From the NCBI GenBank assembly GCA_964595305.1, contig CAZQPW010000001.1:9722-73721 (forward strand): DNA of 64,000 bases, given 5' to 3'. The notes under the pieces were generated by a model. It was given only the letters and a program-made list of their open reading frames with translations. It did not search any database and was not told the origin of the DNA. Source of the stretch: an uncultured Candidatus Saccharibacteria bacterium. GTDB lineage: Bacteria; Patescibacteriota; Minisyncoccia; Phycocordibacterales; Phycocordibacteraceae. This document shows, piece after piece, positions 50,883 through 61,492 of the stretch (its first letter is position 1; each line of letters opens with the position of its first letter). The position numbers and the translations under genes were made by a program.

Positions 50883-52129
50883 ATGGCCACAGTATCCAAG
50901 ACATAGTTCCACCAGCTCGCTCAAGACCAGTTAGACAAGCGCCTGTGGTCCCACCAAAACCTCCGATGATGCTTGGTGACACGAGCGAACCCGGCGATGC
51001 CAAGTGGAAATATTTTCTTGTTGCGGGCCTCGTGGCGATTATACTTGTAGGAACTGCAATTGCCATAATGAGTACAATATTTCACACCGCGACTGTGAAA
51101 GTTAACCTCCACGCATGGAAATTCGATGCAACTAACACATACGAAGCCAGCGATACGTTACCGCTCAGCTTTCAAATAGTTTCTGAAGACCAAACCGCGT
51201 CAAAGCAGGTTGCAGCCTCGGGCACGACCAAGGCCGAGGACAGAGCATTTGGCACTATAACAATCTCGAACACATACAGCACGAAGCCACAACGCTACAT
51301 CACTTCAACCAGATTCGAGTCACCAGACGGTAAAGTTTTCAGAATTCATGAGCCAGTTGTTGTTCCTGGCTACACAATGCGCGGCAGCACAAAAGTGGCG
51401 GGCACAGTTTCTGTAACTGTGTACGCAGACCAGCCCGGAGATACATATAATATCCAACCCACGACCTTTACGTTGCCAGGACTCAAAAAATCTCCACAAT
51501 ATTCAACTATCACCGCTCGCTCGACGCAGGCATTTGTGGGTGGGTACATAGGAACACGGGCAGTCGTAGATCCAGCAACTCGTGCGCAGGTAGTTTCTGA
51601 GTTGCGTGCAGATTTGGCGCGTCAAACTACTGATGCACTATCTAAAGCGGTCCCCGCAGGCTCAATTTTATTCCCAAACTCAATTACGTATACGTACACC
51701 GACCTGCCTGATGTATCCAACAACGAGTCTTCGGCAACTATTTCGGTCAAGGCAACTGCATCAGCTCCAGCGTATCCGGAGGAGCAGCTCTCCAGGGCGG
51801 TTGCAAATGTTGGCAGCGTACAATATGACGACCCGCTTACACTAGTAAACTGGAATGAGCTTGTGTATACAATGGCGACAGGATCTTCTTCACACGCATC
51901 ATCAACTAAGTTTAGCCTCTCAGGTGTAGCACAGGTTGTAGCAGATTTTGACCCAAACCAGTTCGCAAAAGCAGTCGCAAACAAGGGTAAGGCAGCGGTT
52001 GACCAGGAACGTTCAAAATTCCCAGCGATCACAGGCCCCATGAGCGTGCTTATTTATCCCTTTTGGATGTCCAGCCTGCCTAAGGAGAGGTCAATTAAGG
52101 TAGAGGCAACAGCAGTACTTGACCAGTAA
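50879..52129 (+). CDS. Membrane-anchored protein with a baseplate-J-like beta domain
   Basis: DIVPP N-terminus, one TM helix, A.GTITI.N, TRF...G.VF, V.VYAD.PG..YNI....FT.PG, F.GG. Confidence 0.6.
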   Translation: MNGHSIQDIVPPARSRPVRQAPVVPPKPPMMLGDTSEPGDAKWKYFLVAGLVAIILVGTAIAIMSTIFHTATVKVNLHAWKFDATNTYEASDTLPLSFQIVSEDQTASKQVAASGTTKAEDRAFGTITISNTYSTKPQRYITSTRFESPDGKVFRIHEPVVVPGYTMRGSTKVAGTVSVTVYADQPGDTYNIQPTTFTLPGLKKSPQYSTITARSTQAFVGGYIGTRAVVDPATRAQVVSELRADLARQTTDALSKAVPAGSILFPNSITYTYTDLPDVSNNESSATISVKATASAPAYPEEQLSRAVANVGSVQYDDPLTLVNWNELVYTMATGSSSHASSTKFSLSGVAQVVADFDPNQFAKAVANKGKAAVDQERSKFPAITGPMSVLIYPFWMSSLPKERSIKVEATAVLDQ

Positions 52130-52157
52130 AGCACTGTCTGTTATTATAGAAAAACGC

Positions 52158-52367
52158 ATGAAAGAACCATTAGTTGAAGAACTTGGGGTAGTTACCGAGT
52201 CTTTACCTAATGCGCTTTTTCGTGTACAGTTAGAAGACGGCACCGAGGTACTTGCGTACCTTGCTGGCAAAATGAGGCTCCACAGGATTCGCGTCTTAGT
52301 TGGAGACAAAGTCTCGTTAGTCAAAGACCCGTACGGCGGCCGCGCCAGAATAGTGAGACGAATGTAG
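52158..52367 (+). CDS. infA: Translation initiation factor IF-1
   Basis: [24 protein letters not shown]. Confidence 0.96.
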   Translation: MKEPLVEELGVVTESLPNALFRVQLEDGTEVLAYLAGKMRLHRIRVLVGDKVSLVKDPYGGRARIVRRM

Positions 52368-52372
52368 TTTAA

Positions 52373-52489
52373 ATGAAAATTCTTGCATCTATAAAAGCAA
52401 CACAGCCAGGAGATATTCTCGTACGACGACGAGGCAAGATTTACCGTATTAATAAACTCAAACCGCGCCGTAAGGCTCGCCAAGGTTAA
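52373..52489 (+). CDS. rpmJ: 50S ribosomal protein L36, zinc-free type (not in the ORF track)
   Basis: Manual translation MKILASIKATQPGDILVRRRGKIYRINKLKPRRKARQG between infA and rpsM. Confidence 0.93.
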   Translation: MKILASIKATQPGDILVRRRGKIYRINKLKPRRKARQG

Positions 52490-52490
52490 T

Positions 52491-52871
52491 ATGCGTGTAG
52501 CCGGAATCATTCTTCCAGATCATAAGCAAATTGCGTTCGCGATGACCGCGGTTCATGGTATTGGTCGTGCTCGCGCACTACAAATCGCAGAAGAGGCTAA
52601 AGTCGACCCAGTTAAGAAGGCTAAAGATATTACCCAAGACGAAGAGGCGCGACTCAGAACTCTAATCGAAAAATTTACCATTGAAGGCGAACTTCGACGT
52701 GAAGTGGCTCGTAACATCAAAAGACTCAAAGATATCAAATCGTATCGCGGCTCACGCCACGCTAAAGGTCTTCCAACTCGAGGACAGCGCACAAAAACAA
52801 ACTCACGCACACTTCGTGGCAATAAACGTAACACGATGACGAGCGGTCGTCGTAAGCTAGAAAAGACCTAA
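52491..52871 (+). CDS. rpsM: 30S ribosomal protein S13
   Basis: GIG, YRG.RH..GLP.RGQRTKTNSRT. Confidence 0.98.
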   Translation: MRVAGIILPDHKQIAFAMTAVHGIGRARALQIAEEAKVDPVKKAKDITQDEEARLRTLIEKFTIEGELRREVARNIKRLKDIKSYRGSRHAKGLPTRGQRTKTNSRTLRGNKRNTMTSGRRKLEKT

Positions 52872-52875
52872 ACCT

Positions 52876-53310
52876 ATGGGAAAAAAACGAGTTAACAAAA
52901 TGCAGGGAAGTGGAGTCGACTCAGGAAAACGTGAGCGCGCTCTTTCAAAGATCGCAAAGCGCAAGATTGACGCAGCGATACTCCATATTGAATCAACTTT
53001 CAACAATACAAAGCTCACACTTGCTGACACATCAGGTTCAGTAATTATGTGGAGCTCGGCAGGAGCGCTTGGCTTTACCGGTAACAGGAAGGCAACACCA
53101 TTTGCCGCTGCTAAGGTAGGCGAGGTGATAGGCGAAAAGGCAGTTACGGTAGGTGTTAAGGAAGCGAAAGTCTTTATTAAGGGTGTAGGTAGCGGTCGCG
53201 AGTCAGCTCTTAGATCATTTGCAGGTAAGGGCATACAGATTACTGGTATTCATGACGTAACCCCTGTTCCGCACAACGGCCCTAGACCACCTAAGCCACG
53301 AAGAGTCTAA
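52876..53310 (+). CDS. rpsK: 30S ribosomal protein S11
   Basis: STFNNT, TPFAA, G.GRESA.R, DVTPVPHNG. Confidence 0.98.
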   Translation: MGKKRVNKMQGSGVDSGKRERALSKIAKRKIDAAILHIESTFNNTKLTLADTSGSVIMWSSAGALGFTGNRKATPFAAAKVGEVIGEKAVTVGVKEAKVFIKGVGSGRESALRSFAGKGIQITGIHDVTPVPHNGPRPPKPRRV

Positions 53311-53323
53311 TTTTTAAATTTAT

Positions 53324-53923
53324 ATGCTCATTGGTCCAAAATACAAAATTTGCAAACGTCTTGGCTCATCAGTTTTTGAGAAGTGCCAAACAAAGTCTTT
53401 TGCAATGAAGCAAGACTCAGCAAAAACGACTAAAAAACGTCCTGGCTCGGACTTTTCTCGTCAGCTCATCGAAAAGCAAAAAATGCGTATGATCTACTCG
53501 CTCACTGAAAAGCAGTTTGCGTCGTACGTACACGCGGCACTTAACTCAGGTGAAAATCCATCGCAGCACCTTTTTGCATCGCTTGAGTCTCGCCTCGATT
53601 CGGTCTGCTATCGCATGGGACTCGCGCCGTCAAGACGTGCAGCACGTCAACTTGCTACACACGGACACCTTACTGTTAATGGACGAAGAACAGATGTTCC
53701 TTCAACTCGTGTTGCAGTAGGAAGTGTAGTTGCAGTCCGCCCAGCGTCAAAACAGTCTACATATTTTGAGTCAGGAATGGAACGAATTAAAGAGCACAAT
53801 ACACCTGCGTGGATAACATTTGACCCGGAGAAACTCGAAGGAACACTCAGCCAGACTCCAGTGTGGGGCAAGGATGAGTCAACTGTCGACTACGGGGCAG
53901 TGTTCGAGTTCTATACCAGATAG
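53324..53923 (+). CDS. rpsD: 30S ribosomal protein S4
   Basis: EKQK.R..Y, LESRLD, ARQL..HGH, EFY.R. Confidence 0.97.
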   Translation: MLIGPKYKICKRLGSSVFEKCQTKSFAMKQDSAKTTKKRPGSDFSRQLIEKQKMRMIYSLTEKQFASYVHAALNSGENPSQHLFASLESRLDSVCYRMGLAPSRRAARQLATHGHLTVNGRRTDVPSTRVAVGSVVAVRPASKQSTYFESGMERIKEHNTPAWITFDPEKLEGTLSQTPVWGKDESTVDYGAVFEFYTR

Positions 53924-53957
53924 TAATTATTAATTATTAAGAGTAAACGATTAAGTT

Positions 53958-54905
53958 ATGGACTACTCAATTATTCTCCCCTCAAAGCCTCGCATTGTTT
54001 CTGAAGACGGAAATTCAGGTACATACGAAATAGACGGTTTTTATCCTGGCTATGGCCACACTATTGGCAACAGCCTCCGCCGAATTATTCTATCGTCAAT
54101 CCCTGGTGCTGCGATCACTGCAGTCAAAATTGACGGCGTTCAACATGAATTTTCAACTATCGACGGAGTTAAGGAAGACGTCGTAGGCATAATTTTAAAC
54201 CTTAAGCGTGTGCGCATCCGCATCACCGACAACCAACCGCACACCCTAACGCTAACCGCAAAAGGAGTAAAAAACATTACAGCGGGAGACATAGTTGCTC
54301 CTGGTCAGGTTGAAATCCTAAACCCGCAGCAGCACATTATGACCCTTACCGACAAGTCGGCATCGATTGATCTTGAGCTGACTGTTGACACCGGTCTTGG
54401 ATATGTACCTAAGGAGGTGCTCCAGAAGGAACGTGCAGAGATCGGTGCTATTGTGCTTGACGCAATATTCACCCCTATTCGCCGTGCGATGTACGAAGTA
54501 GAAAACATGCGCGTCGGAGACAAGACCAACTTCAACCGTCTTCGCATTTCGATCGAAACCGACGGTACCCTTACTCCAAAAGAAGTGCTTGAGCGTTCGG
54601 TTATGATCATGCTCCAGCAGCTTAAGGCTATTGTTGGCTTCAAAGAAGAAACTCTTATTTCGGAAACTGATGTACCAGAATCGGCAAGTGTTTCTGACGA
54701 CACACTTAAGATGCGCGTGGAGGAACTTGAGCTCTCAACAAGAACAGCAAATGCGCTTTCAGCTGCTTCGATTCGAACACTAGGTGGACTAGTTCGCAAG
54801 TCGCCTGAAGATCTACTTTCAGTTGAAGGTATCGGTGAAAAGGCAGTCGATGAGATTAAGGATGCAATCCGACGCTTTGGGTTGACGTTAAAAAAGTCTG
54901 AATAA
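53958..54905 (+). CDS. rpoA: RNA polymerase alpha subunit
   Basis: GYG.T.GNSLRR..LSS.PG, HEFSTI.GVKED, CTD LS.R..NAL. Confidence 0.98.
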   Translation: MDYSIILPSKPRIVSEDGNSGTYEIDGFYPGYGHTIGNSLRRIILSSIPGAAITAVKIDGVQHEFSTIDGVKEDVVGIILNLKRVRIRITDNQPHTLTLTAKGVKNITAGDIVAPGQVEILNPQQHIMTLTDKSASIDLELTVDTGLGYVPKEVLQKERAEIGAIVLDAIFTPIRRAMYEVENMRVGDKTNFNRLRISIETDGTLTPKEVLERSVMIMLQQLKAIVGFKEETLISETDVPESASVSDDTLKMRVEELELSTRTANALSAASIRTLGGLVRKSPEDLLSVEGIGEKAVDEIKDAIRRFGLTLKKSE

Positions 54906-54913
54906 GTACCTGT

Positions 54914-55267
54914 ATGCGACATCACAATACAAACAGAAAATTCCGACGAGAGGCAACACAGCGTAAAGCGTTTTTGACGTCGCTTGCAGAAGCTATCATC
55001 CTAAAGGAAAAAATTCTCACTACGGAAGCGCGTGCTAAAGAAACTAAAAAAGTAGTTGAGCCTCTTGTAACTGCAGCTAAGAACCCATCCCTCGCAACTC
55101 GCCGTAAACTGATCGCAAAGCTTGGTAACCGTGACCGTGTGGCCAAGAAGCTAATCGACATCCTTGGTCCAAGATACAAGTCTCGTGCAGGCGGCTACCT
55201 TCGCGTCACAAAAGTATTTAAGAAGTCGTCCGACGCGCGAAAGCACGCACTACTAGAATTCGTCTAA
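54914..55267 (+). CDS. rplQ: 50S ribosomal protein L17
   Basis: MRH, I.TT.ARAKE, R.GGYLR. Confidence 0.97.
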   Translation: MRHHNTNRKFRREATQRKAFLTSLAEAIILKEKILTTEARAKETKKVVEPLVTAAKNPSLATRRKLIAKLGNRDRVAKKLIDILGPRYKSRAGGYLRVTKVFKKSSDARKHALLEFV

Positions 55268-55268
55268 T

Positions 55269-55637
55269 ATGAAAACCACAAAACCAAAGCCTACAGAGTT
55301 CCATATCGACGCGGCAGGTAAAACGCTCGGAAGGGTCGCGTCTCAAGCTGCTACCTACCTTATGGGCAAAAACCGCGCAGACTTTGCTCGACACATAGTA
55401 CCAAATGTACGCGTCACCATTTCAAACGCAAATAAAATCTCGATCACAAGCAAAAAGCTTGCGTCGACCGTGTACAAAAGTTATTCTGGTTACCAGGGCG
55501 GACTTACAATAGAGTCGCTCGAGATGCTTAGAAAGCGACGTGGTATGAAGGAAGGAGTTAAGCGCGCGGTTCTCGGTATGATCCCTCGGACAAAAATTCG
55601 ACCAGAAATGATGAAGCACTTAACGGTAACAGACTAA
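55269..55637 (+). CDS. rplM: 50S ribosomal protein L13, short form
   Basis: IDA.G..LGRVAS, SGY.GG, AV.GM.P. Confidence 0.95.
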   Translation: MKTTKPKPTEFHIDAAGKTLGRVASQAATYLMGKNRADFARHIVPNVRVTISNANKISITSKKLASTVYKSYSGYQGGLTIESLEMLRKRRGMKEGVKRAVLGMIPRTKIRPEMMKHLTVTD

Positions 55638-55639
55638 CT

Positions 55640-56032
55640 ATGGCAACCTCTAAATTTATTGAAGCAGTAGGACGCAGAAAAACATCATCAGCGCGTGTCC
55701 GTATCGTAAAAAATGCTAAGCCATCACTCATGGTTAATGGCAAAAGTGTTGAAGAATATTTCAGCACACCTGCACTTCAGATGCTTGCTCGAGCTCCACT
55801 TTCAGCTGTTGACGAAACGTTTGCTGTTACCGCTATCGTGCGAGGCGGTGGGATTGCAGGTCAAGCCGCAGCAGTACGCCATGGTATTGCACGCGCACTC
55901 GTGGTACACGATGGTGAGCGCCGCACCGAGCTCAAGAAGGCCGGACATCTTAAACGTGACCCACGTGCAAAGGAGCGCCGCAAGCCAGGACTCAAGAAGG
56001 CGCGCAAGTCTCCACAGTGGAGCAAACGTTAG
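55640..56032 (+). CDS. rpsI: 30S ribosomal protein S9
   Basis: GRRK.S.ARV, GGG..GQ, RD.R.KER.K.G..KARK..QWSKR. Confidence 0.98.
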   Translation: MATSKFIEAVGRRKTSSARVRIVKNAKPSLMVNGKSVEEYFSTPALQMLARAPLSAVDETFAVTAIVRGGGIAGQAAAVRHGIARALVVHDGERRTELKKAGHLKRDPRAKERRKPGLKKARKSPQWSKR

Positions 56033-56052
56033 CGTGTTGCTATACTTAATTT

Positions 56053-56580
56053 ATGAGCGATGACATAATCATTGATGATGAAGGTGATTTAGGTGAGGGC
56101 GAAAAGACTGCCGAAGCTAAGTTAAAAACTCTACGAGATAAGTTAAAGGCAGAGCAAGCAGAGTCTGCCGCCAACTTGGATGGGTGGCAACGCGCCAAAG
56201 CCGACTACGTAAACCTAAGCAAGCGTCTACGGGAACTTGAAAGTGATGTCAAAGTATCAGTGACTAGAAATGTCGTAGACTCTCTCTCACAGCTTGGCGA
56301 CTCACTCGAAGCGGCACTCTCGCATGCAGACCAGGCCCACAAAGTAGGCATCGATGCACTTATTAAGCAATTTGACACATCTCTTACAGCAATAGGCGCC
56401 TCACGTTTTGCGCCTACTGTTGGTGGAACCTTTGACCCGCTTACTCATGAGCCAGTCCAAACACTTGCAACAAGTGACCAGACATTAGATAATACTATTG
56501 CGCAAGTGGTACAAAGTGGCTATAAAGTTGGTGAGGACATAGTTCGCCCAGCAAGAGTCATGGTGTACCACCACCAATAA
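56053..56580 (+). CDS. grpE: Nucleotide exchange factor GrpE
   Basis: RAKADY.N, FDP..HE, GY.....VRPARV. Confidence 0.95.
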   Translation: MSDDIIIDDEGDLGEGEKTAEAKLKTLRDKLKAEQAESAANLDGWQRAKADYVNLSKRLRELESDVKVSVTRNVVDSLSQLGDSLEAALSHADQAHKVGIDALIKQFDTSLTAIGASRFAPTVGGTFDPLTHEPVQTLATSDQTLDNTIAQVVQSGYKVGEDIVRPARVMVYHHQ

Positions 56581-56603
56581 TTACAAAGCAAACAACCAAT
56601 ACT

Positions 56604-58469
56604 ATGGCAAAAATTTTGGGAATTGACCTTGGAACTACAAACTCCGCAGTCGCCGTCGTTGAAGGTGGCGAGCCTCGTATTATTGAAAATGCGGAAGGTA
56701 ATCGCACGACCCCATCAGTAGTAGCTCTTGCGAAAACTGGAGAGCGTCTTGTTGGACAAATTGCACGCAGGCAAGCAGTAACTAATCCTAAGAACACGAT
56801 ATACCAGATTAAGCGCTTTATCGGACACACTTTCGACGAGGAGGCGGTTCAAAAAGATAAGGCCGCGATCCCATTTGATATTCAGAAGTCTGCTAACGGT
56901 GGCATCGAAGTAAAAATGGGCGAACAGTGGTACCGCCCAGAAGAGATTTCTGCAATGATCCTGTCTAAACTAAAAGTTGACGCAGAAAAAAAGTTGGGCG
57001 AACAGATCACGCAGGCTGTTATCACTGTCCCTGCGTACTTTAATGACACTCAGCGCCAAGCGACAAAAGATGCCGGCAAGATAGCAGGACTCGAGGTGCT
57101 ACGTATCATCCCTGAGCCAACAGCTGCAGCGCTCGCTTACGGCTTTGATAAGAAAAAAGATCAAAAAATAGCAGTGTTCGACTTTGGTGGGGGTACGTTT
57201 GACATCTCCGTGCTCGAGGTGGGAGCAGACGTTATTGAAGTTAAGTCAGTAGACGGCGACTCTCACTTGGGAGGTAAAGACCTCGACCAAAAAATAATGC
57301 AGTGGATCGGGGATGAATATAAAAAGGAGTCTGGAATCGACGTGCTTACCGACCCCTTGGCAAAGCAACGTCTCGACGAAGCTGCTGAAAAGGCAAAGAT
57401 CGAGCTCTCAACTGCACAGGAAACTGAAGTTAACGTGCCCTTTATAACGTCAGACGCATCAGGGCCTAAACACTTGCTTCTAAAACTTACGCGAGCGAAA
57501 CTTGAAGAAATTGCACGAGACTTCATCGATCGCTCAATCTTGATTACACGCCGCGCAATGGAAGCTTCTCCATTTAAGGTTGGTGATATTGACGAGGTGG
57601 TACTTGTGGGAGGACAAACTCGAATGCCCGCAATCCAAAAAGCTGTTGAGGATTACTTTGGCAAGAAAGCTCATCTTGGAGTAAACCCTGACGAAGTTGT
57701 TGCTATGGGCGCAGCCATCCAGGGAGGAATTCTTGCTGGTGACGTTAAAGATATCTTGCTTCTAGATGTAATCCCCCTTTCACTTGGTATCGAAACTATG
57801 GGTGGCGTTAACACCAAGCTTATCGAGCGCAACACCACGATTCCAACTTCAAAGTCGCAAACATTTTCAACCGCTGCAGACAACCAAACCAGCGTTGAGG
57901 TGCACGTGGTGCAGGGTGAGCGAGCTATGGCAAACGACAATAAGTCGCTCGGGAGGTTCCATCTAGACGGAATTCCGCCGGCTCCACGAGGCATGCCACA
58001 GGTTGAGGTCACCTTTGATGTCGATACTAACGGTATTCTTAAGGTCACCGCTAAAGACAAAACGACCGGTAAGGAGCAGACCATCCGCATTGAAGCGCGC
58101 TCAGGTTTAAGCGAAGCTGAGATCGAAAAGATGAAGCAAGATGCGGCTGCCCACGAAGCAAGCGACAAAACTGCGCGCGAGCTGGCAGAAGCGCGCAACC
58201 TGAGCGACTCTATGATTTATACCGCTGAAAAATCACTCAAAGACGCCGAAGGTAAGATCGGTGACGATATAAAAACGCAGGTTACCACAGCTATCGATGC
58301 CTTAAAGAAAGTAAAAGACGGCGGCGACCTCACTGCGATAAAGTCTGCGAACGAGTCGCTGTCAGCAGCGATGCAAAAGATCGGTACCGCGATGCAGGGC
58401 CAGAACCAAGCACAACAGGGCACTCAGGAAAAAGGTCCGGACGAGCCAAGAGATGTAAACGCTTCATAA
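56604..58469 (+). CDS. dnaK: Chaperone DnaK
   Basis: [25 protein letters not shown]. Confidence 0.99.
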   Translation: MAKILGIDLGTTNSAVAVVEGGEPRIIENAEGNRTTPSVVALAKTGERLVGQIARRQAVTNPKNTIYQIKRFIGHTFDEEAVQKDKAAIPFDIQKSANGGIEVKMGEQWYRPEEISAMILSKLKVDAEKKLGEQITQAVITVPAYFNDTQRQATKDAGKIAGLEVLRIIPEPTAAALAYGFDKKKDQKIAVFDFGGGTFDISVLEVGADVIEVKSVDGDSHLGGKDLDQKIMQWIGDEYKKESGIDVLTDPLAKQRLDEAAEKAKIELSTAQETEVNVPFITSDASGPKHLLLKLTRAKLEEIARDFIDRSILITRRAMEASPFKVGDIDEVVLVGGQTRMPAIQKAVEDYFGKKAHLGVNPDEVVAMGAAIQGGILAGDVKDILLLDVIPLSLGIETMGGVNTKLIERNTTIPTSKSQTFSTAADNQTSVEVHVVQGERAMANDNKSLGRFHLDGIPPAPRGMPQVEVTFDVDTNGILKVTAKDKTTGKEQTIRIEARSGLSEAEIEKMKQDAAAHEASDKTARELAEARNLSDSMIYTAEKSLKDAEGKIGDDIKTQVTTAIDALKKVKDGGDLTAIKSANESLSAAMQKIGTAMQGQNQAQQGTQEKGPDEPRDVNAS

Positions 58470-58470
58470 C

Positions 58471-59538
58471 ATGGACTACTACGCTGTACTTGGTGTAGAC
58501 AAAAGCGCATCGCAAGATGATATCAAGAAGGCGTTTCGAACGCTTGCACACAAATATCACCCAGACAAAAAAGGTGGTGACGAAAAAAAGTTTAAAGAGG
58601 CAAGTGAGGCGTACGCGGTTTTAGGTGATGCAAAAAAACGGGCAGAATATGACCAGTATGGTCGTGTCTTTTCTGGTGCTGGCAGCAATGGAGGCGCGCA
58701 AGGGTTTGAGGGGTTTGATTTTTCTCAGTTCGGTGGATTTGGTGGCCAGGGCGGATTCGAGGTAAACATTGAAGACCTATTCGGAGGAATGTTTGGAGGT
58801 GGTAGGCAAAGTAGGCGCCGTGGACGCGACGTATCTATCGATATTGAACTTTCGTTCAAGGAATCAGTCTTTGGTGCTACACGCACTGTTGTGTTAACTA
58901 AAGACACCGCGTGCAACACCTGTGATGGTTCTGGAGCAGAGCCTGGGTCAAAGCTCGTTGAGTGCAAAACCTGCAATGGTAAAGGCCAAGTAGTCGAATC
59001 ACAGCGCTCACCATTTGGGACGTTCTCTGTTGCACGTACATGCGACACGTGTAAAGGTAAGAAAAAAATCCCAGAAAAGAAGTGTCATTCATGCAAAGGC
59101 GCGGGTGTAGAGCGGCGCGAAGTTGAGGTAACCATTGAAGTGCCCGCAGGAATTGAAGATGGCCAAGCAATTAGACTTTCCGGAGATGGGGAAGCTATGC
59201 AAGGTGCCGAAGCCGGAGATCTCTACGTAAAAGTACATGTCATACATGATAAGAAATTCCGCCGGGAAGGCTCCACCATTGTAAGCGACCTCTCTATTAA
59301 AGTTACTGACGCACTTCTTGGAGCAACATACACCATTGAGTCTGTCGATGGTCCGCTTAAAATAGACATCCCACCACTTAAAAAGGGCTCTGAACTCTTA
59401 CGTGTAAAAGGCAAGGGTGTGCCTACTTCGCCAGGAAAGCGCGGCGACTTTATCATCCATGTCTCTGTAGAGTTTCCAAATAAGCTATCGAAAGAATCGA
59501 CCGAGCTAATCAAAAAGCTGCAAAGCGAAGGACTCTAG
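58471..59538 (+). CDS. dnaJ: Chaperone DnaJ
   Basis: HPD, G/F-rich linker, four CxxCxGxG-type repeats. Confidence 0.98.
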   Translation: MDYYAVLGVDKSASQDDIKKAFRTLAHKYHPDKKGGDEKKFKEASEAYAVLGDAKKRAEYDQYGRVFSGAGSNGGAQGFEGFDFSQFGGFGGQGGFEVNIEDLFGGMFGGGRQSRRRGRDVSIDIELSFKESVFGATRTVVLTKDTACNTCDGSGAEPGSKLVECKTCNGKGQVVESQRSPFGTFSVARTCDTCKGKKKIPEKKCHSCKGAGVERREVEVTIEVPAGIEDGQAIRLSGDGEAMQGAEAGDLYVKVHVIHDKKFRREGSTIVSDLSIKVTDALLGATYTIESVDGPLKIDIPPLKKGSELLRVKGKGVPTSPGKRGDFIIHVSVEFPNKLSKESTELIKKLQSEGL

Positions 59539-60042
59539 CTACTTGCTGAAAAAGAAGGTCGCAACTAATGGAGCGACAAGCCACGCAAAGTAATATGCAG
59601 GCGGCTGAAATATTTGAAGTGCTTCAGGACTAAAGGGATATATCGCTGCTATTGCAGGCGTATGTACCGCAAGCGCCATTGCAAGCCCAGCGACCGTAAC
59701 CGCATATATGCTCGTTTTGACCGTGCCCAGAACAGCAACAGGGCTGTAAAGACCAAGCTGTATGAACGCCATATATGAGCACAACACTACTATTCCGTAC
59801 AAGACAGGTGCGGCAAATGAACCCACGAGCACCTCTTGGAAAGGGAAGTTAACGTAAAGCACAGTGCCCGCATAAAGTGCTGCGGTGAGCGCAAGCAACT
59901 TATCTCTACCAAACATAAACGCTATAAATACAGTAAGGATCAAGAGGAGCAGGAACGCGGACATATCTGCAGCTGCACCGAGTGCGACGTCGCTCGCATA
60001 TGAAAACCATTCAACAGCCCCAGCTGGCATATACAACTGCAT
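59539..60042 (-). CDS. Multi-pass membrane hypothetical protein
   Basis: About five hydrophobic segments; TACAGT 6 nt before the ATG. Confidence 0.65.
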   Translation of the reverse strand: MQLYMPAGAVEWFSYASDVALGAAADMSAFLLLLILTVFIAFMFGRDKLLALTAALYAGTVLYVNFPFQEVLVGSFAAPVLYGIVVLCSYMAFIQLGLYSPVAVLGTVKTSIYAVTVAGLAMALAVHTPAIAAIYPFSPEALQIFQPPAYYFAWLVAPLVATFFFSK

Positions 60043-60093
60043 ATATATACTGTAACGTGCGGCTGCACTGTGTGGTCTCCTTTTCCACCTACT

Positions 60094-61321
60094 TTATTTT
60101 ATATATAATATTTCATCATCAGGTGCTTTCGCGCTTTGCCAGAAGAATGGGTATGGATTTGTGGGAACAAAATAGGTGCCGAGAGTATCAAATGAGTATT
60201 TACGTTGGCGAACGACAAGCAACTTTTTATCTTGAGAAAATATGCCAATATCGATGTTTGCACGGTGCGGGTGAGACAAAAAGTTTATGTAGTCACCATT
60301 GTAAAGCGTGGTAGTGCTTGTGCCGTCGAGGCGGACCACACGATTGTATGTATAGCCTTGTTCTTCACAACCGCCGACAGGAATAACCGGGATGCAAAAA
60401 CCGAACTTGAATTCGCGCACACTTTCGACATGTGGCTGCGTAACACCCTTTGGTCTCGTTTCTGGAAGCGGGTCAGACTTAAAGATCGGGGGGGGTGTAT
60501 TGTTTATTTGGTATTTGCCACACCCTTCAGATATTGCCCATATATCGGTGTCTTTGAGATGATATCTATTAAAATATTGACATGTTCTCTCGCGACTTAG
60601 ATCAAACAGTATATAATCTACAATCTCTCTCTCTCCCTCTCTCAACTAAGTTTCCGCTTAAATCGTACACTCTGCGTATTAGTGCTAACTTTGTGATTTT
60701 GTTGCCATTCCCTTCAATAGGGAGCACTTCAAGGAACCCGAATGTGGTTGTAGAGAAAGTGATGAATGATCCCTCATATGCATACCCGGTCATATGCTGG
60801 ATCGCTGAAAGTGTGTCGGCGGTCCCCCTTTCATACTTAATTGCATAGTCTGCAAGATTGAGAAGCGGGATGGACACCATTTTAGTTGTTGTCCCTCCCC
60901 CATACTTCCAGATTTCATATGTACCTGTAGTGGTCGAGACACGGTTCCAAATTACTGATCCATCAGCTAGTATGCCAGTCGATGCTTTTGTCCACCGCAA
61001 TACTTGCTCGCCAGAATAAACGCCCTCTCTAATTTTTTTATTTTCAGGCATTTCTATACCATGCTCCTTTGAGTTTGGTATGACGGTTTCCTTCATTGAG
61101 TTTCCTGCGCCATATTCAATGAGTACCAAGTCGCCTCTATCTACTATCACTTTCCTGCCATCTAGTGAAAGGGTATCAAAAAGTGGTTGGTGAAAAAACG
61201 TGAAATTAATTGCTGCCTGCATTAACCCGAAGAGTATTAATACCCACACAGGACTCGTGAGGCCGATGGCCCACCACTGCCAGGGTTTGAGTTTTTTCAG
61301 GATAGTATGCCACCTACTCAT
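60094..61321 (-). pseudogene. Membrane-anchored extracellular protein split by a frameshift at an (AG)5 tract
   Basis: ORFs 61321-60602 and 60645-60094 overlap across (CT)5 at 60625-60634; one extra repeat unit would join them. Confidence 0.6.
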
Positions 61322-61337
61322 GCCTCCAGCATAGCAC

Positions 61338-61492
61338 TTGCATGGAAATGGGCAACGTGGTAGCGTGAGTGTGTGAACCAGCTGCTACCCGCACATGGCT
61401 TCGCCACAAACTATCCTCCAAACTCGGAGGACATTGTGAAAGTTTTCATTATTCCCGCACAGTAGTGCGGGTTCTATTTATTTTAAATTTTT
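61338..61492 (+). promoter_or_regulatory. Sigma70 promoter and structured leader with a terminator-like hairpin
   Basis: TTGCAT(61338)-17-TAGCGT(61361); hairpins TCCTCC/GGAGGA and CCCGCAC-AGTA-GTGCGGG followed by a T-rich tail before ATG 61493. Confidence 0.55.

Noticed and set aside
54305-58198. Long antisense ORFs over rpoA and dnaK, and similar ones over atpA and dus
   Set aside because: They mirror conserved sense genes and have no motifs; this is an expected codon-bias artefact.
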